DNA of 33,461 bases from an uncultured Clostridia bacterium. Its GTDB lineage: Bacteria; Acidobacteriota; Aminicenantia; JdFR-78. Each line of letters starts with the position of its first letter. Positions within the stretch are counted from its first letter, which is position 1. The stretch spans positions 1 through 33,461 of the forward strand of contig CAZWBN010000001.1 in the NCBI GenBank assembly GCA_964632095.1, read 5' to 3'. Positions 17,584 through 25,391 of the stretch are shown in pieces. Both the position numbers and the translations under genes were made by a program. The notes under the pieces were generated by a model that made no database searches, was not told where the DNA came from, and saw nothing but the letters and a program-made list of their open reading frames with translations.

Positions 17584-18507
17584 TTAATTTATTTCATAAT
17601 ACTTTATTCCATGATAAAGAACAACTTTTATTCTTCCATCCTGGATTAAGGAATCGAGATATTTCAAAATTTCATTTTGATGTTTTCCCAAAGAAAGAGA
17701 AAGGTCAAGAAGACTAACCGGTCTTCTTCTTATTATTGATAAAATAGCCTCTTCCAAATCTTCTAAATAGGCTTCCTGTTCCTTTGGTTTAAATTCAGCT
17801 ATTATTTCGCAATTTTTTCCAAAAAGTTTTTCAATTTTATTCAACTCTTCAATGGAAAGGGGTAATGCGAATTTTTCAGAAGGAGGACGAACAACTGTAT
17901 TTAAATGAACTTTATCCGGATTTATTTCTTGAACTACTGAAACAACTCTATCCAGATGTTTTTTTTCGTCGTTTATCCCTTTAACAAGCATTATCTCAAG
18001 CCATATCAACCCTTCAAATTCCTCTCTGAATTTTTTAATTCCTTCAATTATCTCTTCAATTTTTAATGAGGGATGAGGGCGATTTACTTTTCTGAATATT
18101 TTCATTGTAACTGCATCAAGAGAGGGAACAACAAGATCAGCAAAAAGCAGTTCTTTTCTTAATTCTTCCTGATAAAACAAAGAACCATTCGTCAGAACAG
18201 CAACAGGAATTTTTGTGATTTTCTTTATTTCTCTAATAAGAGCGCCAATCTTTGAATTTAAAGTTGGTTCTCCAGAACCAGAAAAAGTTATATAATCTAT
18301 TCTCTGATGTAAAGAAAGAGCTTTTTCGAGCTGCAAAAATATATCTTTTTCCGGAAAATATTCTTTCCTCTCAATCGTCTTATTTGTTGTTCTCCCAAGC
18401 TGACAGTAAATACAATCATATGAACATGTTTTAAAGGGCACAAGGTCTACCCCGAGGGAAAAACCAAGCCTTCTTGAAGGCACAGGTCCATAAATATATT
18501 CAGTCAT
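17584..18507 (-). CDS. Radical SAM enzyme of unknown function with a C-terminal winged-helix-like domain
   Basis: GPVPSRRLGFSLGVDLVPFKTCSYDCIYCQLG (CxxxCxxC cluster motif), then FSGSGEPTL. C-terminal ILSIIRRRPVSLLDLSLSLGKHQNEILKYLDSLIQDGRI. No SPASM or B12 domain. Confidence 0.8.
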   Translation of the reverse strand: MTEYIYGPVPSRRLGFSLGVDLVPFKTCSYDCIYCQLGRTTNKTIERKEYFPEKDIFLQLEKALSLHQRIDYITFSGSGEPTLNSKIGALIREIKKITKIPVAVLTNGSLFYQEELRKELLFADLVVPSLDAVTMKIFRKVNRPHPSLKIEEIIEGIKKFREEFEGLIWLEIMLVKGINDEKKHLDRVVSVVQEINPDKVHLNTVVRPPSEKFALPLSIEELNKIEKLFGKNCEIIAEFKPKEQEAYLEDLEEAILSIIRRRPVSLLDLSLSLGKHQNEILKYLDSLIQDGRIKVVLYHGIKYYEIN

Positions 18508-18566
18508 TTTTTAACTCCAAATAACAGAATTTAAATAATAAATCAATGAAAATTTTTGTTTATTTA

Positions 18567-18611
18567 GATTTTGAAATTTGTTTGGAATTTGAATTCTGGA
18601 TTTTGAAATTT
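18567..18611. repeat. Two exact 13-bp direct repeats GATTTTGAAATTT (18567-18579, 18599-18611) flanking a degenerate copy GAATTTGAATTC (18585-18596)
   Basis: Read directly from the sequence. Lies in the 110-bp gap between the DUF89 stop and the radical SAM start. Copies are spaced about 16 bp apart. Confidence 0.6.
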
Positions 18612-18617
18612 TCATTA

Positions 18618-19472
18618 TCATATCGAATAATTTTTTGCTTTTAAAAGTATTATATCTCCTTCTTTTACCCCTATATCATGAGCAATAATTGAACATTTTG
18701 CTTTTAAAAGGAAGAAAATGGGGTAAGGCTCATCCGAAAGTCCTTCATAATTTCCCTGTCCTTTACTGATAATTAAATCAGAGCTTCGGTATACTTCTAA
18801 AAATTCTTCCGAGCAAAACCTTAAAATTGTGCCCGGAGCATCACATCCTGAAGAAATAACCTCAGCTACTTCATGAATTCCTGAAAGATGAGCATCTTCC
18901 ATAGTAGCATCATTTATAACTGGTTTTTCTCTTACCACATAAATCACTGATCTTCCGAGTTCTTCAATTAAAAGCCGGTCAAAAACTGTTTCTCCAGCGT
19001 TATCTGCTAAGTATAAAATCTTTTTTGCCTTTTTCAATATCTCGCAAAATTCTCGATAATGACAAATTTTTAATTCCTGAGTAAGGATTTTGTTAATATC
19101 CTCTCTTAATTCAAAATCAGGGTTGGCTCCAAAATCAATAACATTCCCTGCAATTGAAAGTCTTATAGCAGTTAGCAATTTATCTTTTGAAGAATTAATT
19201 ATTTCTTTCATTTCAGAATATAAAGAGAGAGCCTGCTCTATACATTTCTTCTTGATTTCTCTGTAAGGGTCTATCACCCCTGTCTCTTCTCCTATGACTC
19301 GATAAACCTCCCGTCCTATTTCCGGTGGAGTGGCATATTTTGGAATTTTTGGAAATAATAAACTTACTTTATTTAATATATGTCTGATTCTTTCTTCGTC
19401 AGAAGTAATGAGTCTTGATGTCTTAAGAGTCTGGCTAAGAAAACATGGAAAACAATCAAGATATGCTCTCAT
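18618..19472 (-). CDS. DUF89 family protein (ARMT1-like metal-dependent damage-control phosphatase)
   Basis: N-terminal MRAYLDCFPCFLSQTL, plus ADNAGETVFDRLLIEEL and ISKGQGNYEGL, typical DUF89 signatures. Confidence 0.8.
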   Translation of the reverse strand: MRAYLDCFPCFLSQTLKTSRLITSDEERIRHILNKVSLLFPKIPKYATPPEIGREVYRVIGEETGVIDPYREIKKKCIEQALSLYSEMKEIINSSKDKLLTAIRLSIAGNVIDFGANPDFELREDINKILTQELKICHYREFCEILKKAKKILYLADNAGETVFDRLLIEELGRSVIYVVREKPVINDATMEDAHLSGIHEVAEVISSGCDAPGTILRFCSEEFLEVYRSSDLIISKGQGNYEGLSDEPYPIFFLLKAKCSIIAHDIGVKEGDIILLKAKNYSI

Positions 19473-19978
19473 TTTTTACTCCTTTTTGATGCCTCTTTTA
19501 TAATTTTCCTATGACTTGAAAAGGGAATGCGAGGAAGTTTCTGAATCGGGAAAAATCTGGCGTCTAAACTATCCGAACCTGGAGAAACTTTCCCGGTTAC
19601 CTGAATTTCATATCCAATAATAAGAACATTTCTATAAAGTTTTGACCTCTGAGAATAAACCCCAATCAATTCAATTCTCTTCCCTCTTAATCCTGTCTCC
19701 TCTTCAAGTTCTCTAAGACAGGCTTTTTCCGGAGTTTCTTCAATTTCAATGAACCCGGAAGGCAAAGCCCACTTTCCTTTTCCAGGGTCTACGCCTCTTT
19801 TCACCAGAAGAATTTCTCCCTTTTCATTTCTGACAAGTGCAGCTACACTTGGTAAAGGATTCTCATATTTTACCCATCCACATTTAGGACAAATTAATCT
19901 CTTTCTTCTTTCCATTTTAGACATTTTCAATCGTTCCGAACATATAGGGCAATAAATAAAATTTTTTCTTTTTCTCAT
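19469..19978 (-). CDS. NUDIX hydrolase with N-terminal zinc ribbon
   Basis: CPICS...CPKCG zinc ribbon, then the Nudix box GFIEIEETPEKACLRELEEETGL. Confidence 0.85.
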   Translation of the reverse strand: MRKRKNFIYCPICSERLKMSKMERRKRLICPKCGWVKYENPLPSVAALVRNEKGEILLVKRGVDPGKGKWALPSGFIEIEETPEKACLRELEEETGLRGKRIELIGVYSQRSKLYRNVLIIGYEIQVTGKVSPGSDSLDARFFPIQKLPRIPFSSHRKIIKEASKRSKK

Positions 19979-19979
19979 T

Positions 19980-20705
19980 TTAAATCAGGCTCGTCAAATA
20001 AACTATTAAAATACCCGCAGAGAAACTGATCAGGGATGGAAAGGGATGTTTTTTAACTTCTGCTGATGGAATTAATTCTTCCACTGAAATATAAATCATA
20101 CATCCAGCAGCAAAGGAAAGAGAAATTCCTAAGAAAATTAAATTAGAATCTTTAAATAAATAATATCCTATTATAAAACCAATTAATTCAAAAAGGACGG
20201 TGGTCATCACGATTAAAAAGGACTTTAATCGGTTTTTATTTATTCCATATAGAGGAACTATAGTGGCAATATTTTCAGGAAGATCCTGAAGCGCGATTCC
20301 CAAGGCAATTATAATCCCTAATTTACTTGTCATTGCGAATCCAATACCTACTGCTAATCCCTCTGGTAAATTATGAAGAGCCATTCCAATAACAAGCATG
20401 GTAACTGTTCTTTTTACAACAGGCTTCTCTTTCTTGCATAGTTCAGGATTAATATGAGGAAGTATTTTGTCTATTACACCCATTATTCCAATTCCTACAA
20501 ATAATCCCACCAAAACATACAAAAAAGTTGTAACTTTTAAAGATTCCGGGATTAATTGAAGAAATGAGATGGAAAGCATCATTGAAGCAGCAAAGGCCAA
20601 AGAAAAACGGAGAAAAGAATCAGGAGGCTTTTTTAGAACACCAGCGAGAGAGCCAATAGTCTGCCCCCCAAAAATAAGAAGAAGGACGATTAAAAATGAA
20701 TCCAT
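19980..20705 (-). CDS. ZIP-family divalent metal transporter (ZupT-like)
   Basis: Polytopic membrane protein with the ALHNLPEGLAVG and LQDLPENIA motifs typical of ZIP/ZupT. Confidence 0.85.
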   Translation of the reverse strand: MDSFLIVLLLIFGGQTIGSLAGVLKKPPDSFLRFSLAFAASMMLSISFLQLIPESLKVTTFLYVLVGLFVGIGIMGVIDKILPHINPELCKKEKPVVKRTVTMLVIGMALHNLPEGLAVGIGFAMTSKLGIIIALGIALQDLPENIATIVPLYGINKNRLKSFLIVMTTVLFELIGFIIGYYLFKDSNLIFLGISLSFAAGCMIYISVEELIPSAEVKKHPFPSLISFSAGILIVYLTSLI

Positions 20706-20807
20706 AATATTTTAGCTTTTTATTTTATATCTTATCAGGAGAAAAGAAAAGTAATTTGTTTTTAAATTTATTAATAAAAAATAAACTGAATTTCAATATT
20801 TTAATCC

Positions 20808-21254
20808 TTACAAGAATATTTCTTCTTTAGCAGGATTTGGACCTAATTTTTTTATTTTTTCTGAAAATTCAGTAGTTACTCTCGCGAATCTTGGACCTTC
20901 TGAAGCAGATACCCAAGAAAGAGCTAAGCGTTCGAAATCAAGACCAAGAGTTTCAAAAACTTTTTGTAATAATACAAATCTTCTACGGGCATAATAATTT
21001 CCTTTCTGATAATGGCAATCTCCGGGATGACATCCCATAATTATAACTCCATCAGCTCCTCCCAAAAAGGCTTTTAAAACAAAAAGAGGATTTACTCTTC
21101 CAGAACACATAACTCTAACCGCCTTAAGGGAAGAAGGAACATTTAATCTGCTAACTCCCGCAAGGTCAGCCCCTGTATAAGCACACCAATTACAAAGAAA
21201 ACCTATTATTTTTGGATTATATTCCTTATTCATCTCCATTAGCTCCTTTTGCAT
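20808..21254 (-). CDS. mvhD: MvhD/FlpD-like [2Fe-2S] electron-transfer protein (methyl-viologen-reducing hydrogenase delta subunit family), copy 2
   Basis: IGFLCNWCAYTGADLAG, VRVMCSGRVNP, GADGVIIMGCHPGDCHY..GNYYARRR. Confidence 0.85.
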   Translation of the reverse strand: MQKELMEMNKEYNPKIIGFLCNWCAYTGADLAGVSRLNVPSSLKAVRVMCSGRVNPLFVLKAFLGGADGVIIMGCHPGDCHYQKGNYYARRRFVLLQKVFETLGLDFERLALSWVSASEGPRFARVTTEFSEKIKKLGPNPAKEEIFL

Positions 21255-21275
21255 TAATATTTATTTTTAATAGAT

Positions 21276-22385
21276 TTATTCTCCTATTTCAGCGAATTCT
21301 TCTGTCTTAAATGTTCCGAATGGAATTGATTCTTCAATATCTTTTCCTGGAAGATACTCAAACATTTTCTGAAGGGAATCTCCAACCATAGAAAAAATCA
21401 TAGATACAGGAATATTTACTGGGCATACATCTGAACACATCCCACAGCCTACACAGGAAACTCCCATATGAACCATTCTTCCTATATGAAAAAACAAAGT
21501 GCCGGGGGGGACTCGAATACCTCCTTTTTGATTTAGCTCCATATTATAACTCGAAGGTTTATACTCAAAAATCTTAGACTCAAAATCACATAATGTACAA
21601 TAACAAATTGGACAAGCATGACTGCAAGCGTGACAGCTTAAACAAGCCGAGAATATTTTTATTAAGGTTTTGAATTCAAGTTTCTCAATTCCCAATTCTT
21701 CATAAAGTTTCTTCTTTTGTGTTTTTCTTTTATTCTTCAATTCAGTTATTTCATTCGTGTCCATTTCTTCAAAAACAATATCTCCTGGTGCCTCTTTGGC
21801 AAAATTTTCTCCTTTATCCGTGTTCAGAAAAATATTACACTCCTTATCTGTATTTTTCTTTTCTACTATAGCAATCGTCATATCTGCTTGATAAGGAATA
21901 AAATGTTCACAAGTCTGGCAGGTTGGTCTAATATTGGAAGAAATATTACCTTTTTTTATACTCTCCCAATATATAGGAAGTAGCTTCTTAACCTCACCAT
22001 TGACAGCTGATTTTAAAGGGAAAACTCCTCCACATGTTAAGCTTATTAATAAAAAATTTTCCATACTACCTTGAAATCTTTTAACAAGTTCAATAAAACT
22101 TCTTATTTCACAAGGTCGAAGAACAGCAGCAACTGTGTCTTTAGTGGCTTCCAGCAATGTAAACGCTGATAAGACTTTTCCAGCATTAACGGGCATTAAA
22201 GGAAAAAGAGGCACAGCTTTTTTTAATTCATCAAGATGTGTAATAAGGGAATAGGAAACAGCTCCATTCTCATTAGTTTTCTTTAATGTGAAGATTCCTT
22301 TTACTTTTCCACTTTCTAACAAAAATTTGAGAAAGTCATTAATGCCTTCCTCAACACCTTTTTTAATTTTTAATACCTTAGGCAT
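21276..22385 (-). CDS. AsrA / FrhB-like Fe-S protein with two 4Fe-4S motifs, paralogue 2
   Basis: RPCEIRSFIEL, TCQTCEHF, CLSCHACSHACPICYCTLCDFES and CVGCGMCSDVCPVNIP. Same layout as the upstream 415-aa paralogue and as the AsrA / sulfhydrogenase-beta pattern I recall. Confidence 0.6.
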   Translation of the reverse strand: MPKVLKIKKGVEEGINDFLKFLLESGKVKGIFTLKKTNENGAVSYSLITHLDELKKAVPLFPLMPVNAGKVLSAFTLLEATKDTVAAVLRPCEIRSFIELVKRFQGSMENFLLISLTCGGVFPLKSAVNGEVKKLLPIYWESIKKGNISSNIRPTCQTCEHFIPYQADMTIAIVEKKNTDKECNIFLNTDKGENFAKEAPGDIVFEEMDTNEITELKNKRKTQKKKLYEELGIEKLEFKTLIKIFSACLSCHACSHACPICYCTLCDFESKIFEYKPSSYNMELNQKGGIRVPPGTLFFHIGRMVHMGVSCVGCGMCSDVCPVNIPVSMIFSMVGDSLQKMFEYLPGKDIEESIPFGTFKTEEFAEIGE

Positions 22386-23625
22386 TTTGTGTTTCCTCCC
22401 TTGAAATAGTCTTTTTATATTGCATTTCTACTTCTTGAAATTCATCCTCCTGGAAGAATCTTAAAGGAGGTGGTTCTCTTCTATCTCGTCCAGGGACATA
22501 GCCAAATGATTTCTGGACTTGATCAGCCACAATACAAAATACTTGGGCTATAGGAATGTTCATTGGACAAGCATCTTCACAAACACCACAAGAAACACAA
22601 GATAGCACCATATGAGACATCCGTCCCAAGTGAAAAAGTAAAGTATCCAAAGGAAAACGTAAGGACTTTCTTTCTTTTGCTCTGGTAAGATAAACTTCGG
22701 GTGAAAGCCTTAAAGTTTTGGAATCAAAGTAGCATTGGCGACAATAGCAAATAGGACAAACTCTCATACAGTTATGACAATTAATACATTGGTCAAATAC
22801 AGCAACAAACTTTTTCGGCCCTTCAATCTTTGCTTTTAGCTCTTGAAGAATTTTTTTTCTCTTATTTTCTTTTTTATCTCTTAATTCTTTTTCTTTTATC
22901 TCCCAATCCTCTAAAGAATCTTCGGTTGCAATCTCAAGTTTTTCCAAGATTTCTTCTCCTTTGGAGCTTACTGGCATGAGAAAGATTTTTTCTCCATTAC
23001 CTCCTACAAGTCCTATGTGTATATCAGAAGCAGGTGAATCAATTCCTTCTAATTCAACTGAGGCAGACTGTCGAGAAATAGAAGGTAAGAGTGAAGATAG
23101 ACTAAACCGGTGGCAAATAATGCAAATAGGCCTTAATGATTCATTTTCTTCCCATGTTTCAAACAAATTGTTAAATCGTTTTGCCATTTCCTTAGGATTA
23201 CTTATGTAGTCAGACAATGGCATTGCTCCAGGGCAATCAATACTAATAAGAGTAATGTTATTTAGACTGACTTGTTTAAGCTTAAAAAGTTCAATAACTG
23301 CTCTAATTTCGCACGGTCTCATGATGGCAGCAATTTGCAAATTCATTTCTCCATGCTTAGTTAAAGTTGACAAGGCTCTTCCACCTTGAACAGATATTAC
23401 TGGTGGCAAAGGGTTTGCCTCATTGAGCAATGACTTATCTTTTAGTAAAACCCAAACATAGGAATCCGTATCATGAACTTTTACAGGTATAAAAAGAGCA
23501 TCAAAACACTTCTTCTCCAGTGATTTTCTAAGAAAATCAAGAATTGCTTTATGAATTCCTCCTTCAGCATGAAGGACCGCGCCTTTTTTAGGTTTTTTAA
23601 AAAACTCATTTTGAACTGTACTCAT
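22378..23625 (-). CDS. AsrA / FrhB-like Fe-S protein with two 4Fe-4S motifs, paralogue 1
   Basis: RPCEIRAVIEL, ICIICHRF, CINCHNCMRVCPICYCRQCYFDS and CVSCGVCEDACPMNIP. 8-nt overlap with the downstream paralogue. Confidence 0.6.
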   Translation of the reverse strand: MSTVQNEFFKKPKKGAVLHAEGGIHKAILDFLRKSLEKKCFDALFIPVKVHDTDSYVWVLLKDKSLLNEANPLPPVISVQGGRALSTLTKHGEMNLQIAAIMRPCEIRAVIELFKLKQVSLNNITLISIDCPGAMPLSDYISNPKEMAKRFNNLFETWEENESLRPICIICHRFSLSSLLPSISRQSASVELEGIDSPASDIHIGLVGGNGEKIFLMPVSSKGEEILEKLEIATEDSLEDWEIKEKELRDKKENKRKKILQELKAKIEGPKKFVAVFDQCINCHNCMRVCPICYCRQCYFDSKTLRLSPEVYLTRAKERKSLRFPLDTLLFHLGRMSHMVLSCVSCGVCEDACPMNIPIAQVFCIVADQVQKSFGYVPGRDRREPPPLRFFQEDEFQEVEMQYKKTISREETQNA

Positions 23626-23667
23626 TGTTTTCTCCTTCCTCTCAAATATTAGTATATAAAATTATTA

Positions 23668-25353
23668 TCATCGCAATGCTTCAAGAACTTCCCGATATAA
23701 CTGTGGATAAGTAAAGTGTTTCAATCGAATTGCACCAGAAGGACAACTACCAACACAATTTCCACACCCTCTGCAGATTGCTTCATTAACAACTGAAACG
23801 CCTTTAAACTCGTCAAAACTTATAGCACTGTAAAAACACACTGAAAGACAAGTCTGACAGCCTGTACAAAACTCTTCTACTATTTCAGAAACTCTAACTT
23901 CTGGTTCTAATTTTTTACCGGGAATAAGACAAGAAAGAATTTTCCCACATGCTGCTTGAGATTGGATGACCGATTCCAAAATATTCTTAGGGCCTGAGGC
24001 ACAACCTGCAATATAAATGCCCTCAATAGGAGTTGAAACTGGATCAAGTTTCTCATGAATTTCTTTAAAAAATCCTGTTTCATCAAGGGGAATATTCAGT
24101 ATTTTAGCCAATTTCTCAGTATTTTCCGCTGGTATAATAGCTGGAGATAGCACAACCATATCCACAGAAAGGCTTCCTTTCTTCTCAGTTATAGTTTTAT
24201 ATTCAATATTTATATTGCTGTTACTTTTCTTTATCTGGATTTCATTTGCTTTAATGAAATTAACTCCTTTCTTTTTTACCTCTTCAAAATAATCTTGATC
24301 ACTCTTATGAGGAAGACAAAGGTCCGAATAGAATTCAAATACATTAACATCCGACAATTTATCTTTAAGAAATTGAGCAAATTTTAGCGAATAGAGACAG
24401 CAAACTTTAGAACAATATCCTTTTTCCTTGCGACCAACACAGTGAATAAGAGCCACAGTTTTTGGAGGCTTCCCATTCTTAAGTAGGATTTTATCGGAGG
24501 CAATCATTTCTTCGAATTCTAAGGCATTTACCACATTTTCAATAGTTCCATATCCATACTGAGGAGTTTCCTTAGGATCAAATAAACTGAATCCTGTAGC
24601 AACAATAATTGCTCCAACTTTAATTTCTTTCTGCTCTAAATCATTGCGATTGCTTTTTATTACAATTTCAAAATTTCCAAAAAATCCGCGTACATTCTCA
24701 ACCTCGCTTGAGGTTAAAACAACGATATTTTCGTTATTCTCAACTTCTTTAATTTTCTTTTGTAGAAAAGTTAAATCCATTCCTTGATGAGGAAGCAACC
24801 CAGAAAGTTTTCTCACTTTTCCACCTAAAACTGATGTTTTTTCCACCAAATAGACCTTTCTCTCTGGACTTGCAAGAGAAAGACTAGCTTCAATACCAGC
24901 AATCCCGCCACCAATAATTAACACATTTGGATTGCACTCAAGCTCCTTCTTCTGAAGAGGTTTATGTAAAAGGACTCGATTAATTCCCGCTCGAATATAT
25001 TTCGTGGCCATACGAGTAGCTTCTTCTTTATTGGATATTATCCAAGCACATTGCTCCCGGATATTAACGAGTTGGAATAAATAAGGATTTAAACCAGCCT
25101 TTTCGCATACATTCATGAATGTAATTTCATGTTCTTTCGGAGAACAAGCAGCAATGACAAGGTGAGTTAATTCTTCGTTTTTTATCTCGTCAGCAAGAAA
25201 TTTCTTGCCTTCATTAGAACAAAGAAGTGGATACTTTTTAACGACTTTAATGTCTTCAATAGATGATAAGTTCTCTAAAATCTCATCTATATTTATTCTA
25301 TCACGAATATTTGGACCACATTCACAAATATATACTCCAATTTTTTTACTCAT
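23668..25353 (-). CDS. hdrA: HdrA-like flavoprotein, long form (N-terminal HdrA domain + FAD domain + C-terminal 2x[4Fe-4S] ferredoxin domain; QmoB-like but without an MvhD domain)
   Basis: N-terminus IGVYICECGPNI...IAACSPKEHE...VNIREQCAW. FAD fold VLIIGGGIAGIEASLSLA. HdrA-type Cys motif CVGRKEKGYCSKVCC. C-terminus CTGCQTCLSVC...CRGCGNCVGSCPSGAI. Confidence 0.85.
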   Translation of the reverse strand: MSKKIGVYICECGPNIRDRINIDEILENLSSIEDIKVVKKYPLLCSNEGKKFLADEIKNEELTHLVIAACSPKEHEITFMNVCEKAGLNPYLFQLVNIREQCAWIISNKEEATRMATKYIRAGINRVLLHKPLQKKELECNPNVLIIGGGIAGIEASLSLASPERKVYLVEKTSVLGGKVRKLSGLLPHQGMDLTFLQKKIKEVENNENIVVLTSSEVENVRGFFGNFEIVIKSNRNDLEQKEIKVGAIIVATGFSLFDPKETPQYGYGTIENVVNALEFEEMIASDKILLKNGKPPKTVALIHCVGRKEKGYCSKVCCLYSLKFAQFLKDKLSDVNVFEFYSDLCLPHKSDQDYFEEVKKKGVNFIKANEIQIKKSNSNINIEYKTITEKKGSLSVDMVVLSPAIIPAENTEKLAKILNIPLDETGFFKEIHEKLDPVSTPIEGIYIAGCASGPKNILESVIQSQAACGKILSCLIPGKKLEPEVRVSEIVEEFCTGCQTCLSVCFYSAISFDEFKGVSVVNEAICRGCGNCVGSCPSGAIRLKHFTYPQLYREVLEALR

Positions 25354-25391
25354 TTTTCCTTCCCTCCTTTTAAGTTATTATGGGATTGCGC

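Noticed and set aside
18567-18611. Possible mini CRISPR array.
   Set aside because: There are only two exact 13-bp copies plus one degenerate copy, with spacers of about 6 bp. This is far too short, and no cas genes are present. It is reported as a regulatory-type repeat instead.
14374-19472. Wyosine-like tRNA hypermodification pathway (radical SAM + methyltransferases + DUF89 near a tRNA gene).
   Set aside because: The radical SAM protein does not resemble archaeal Taw1/TYW1 as I recall it (different N-terminus and cluster context). No Trm5/Taw2/Taw3-like genes are present. The adjacent tRNA is tRNA-Leu, not tRNA-Phe.
20767-20778. Perfect 12-bp palindrome TTTATTAATAAA upstream of the ZIP transporter, considered as a Zur/Fur-type operator.
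   Set aside because: It is composed only of A/T in an AT-rich spacer, so chance occurrence is plausible. It does not resemble the Zur or Fur consensus sequences I know. Worth a genome-wide motif search, but not supportable as a feature.
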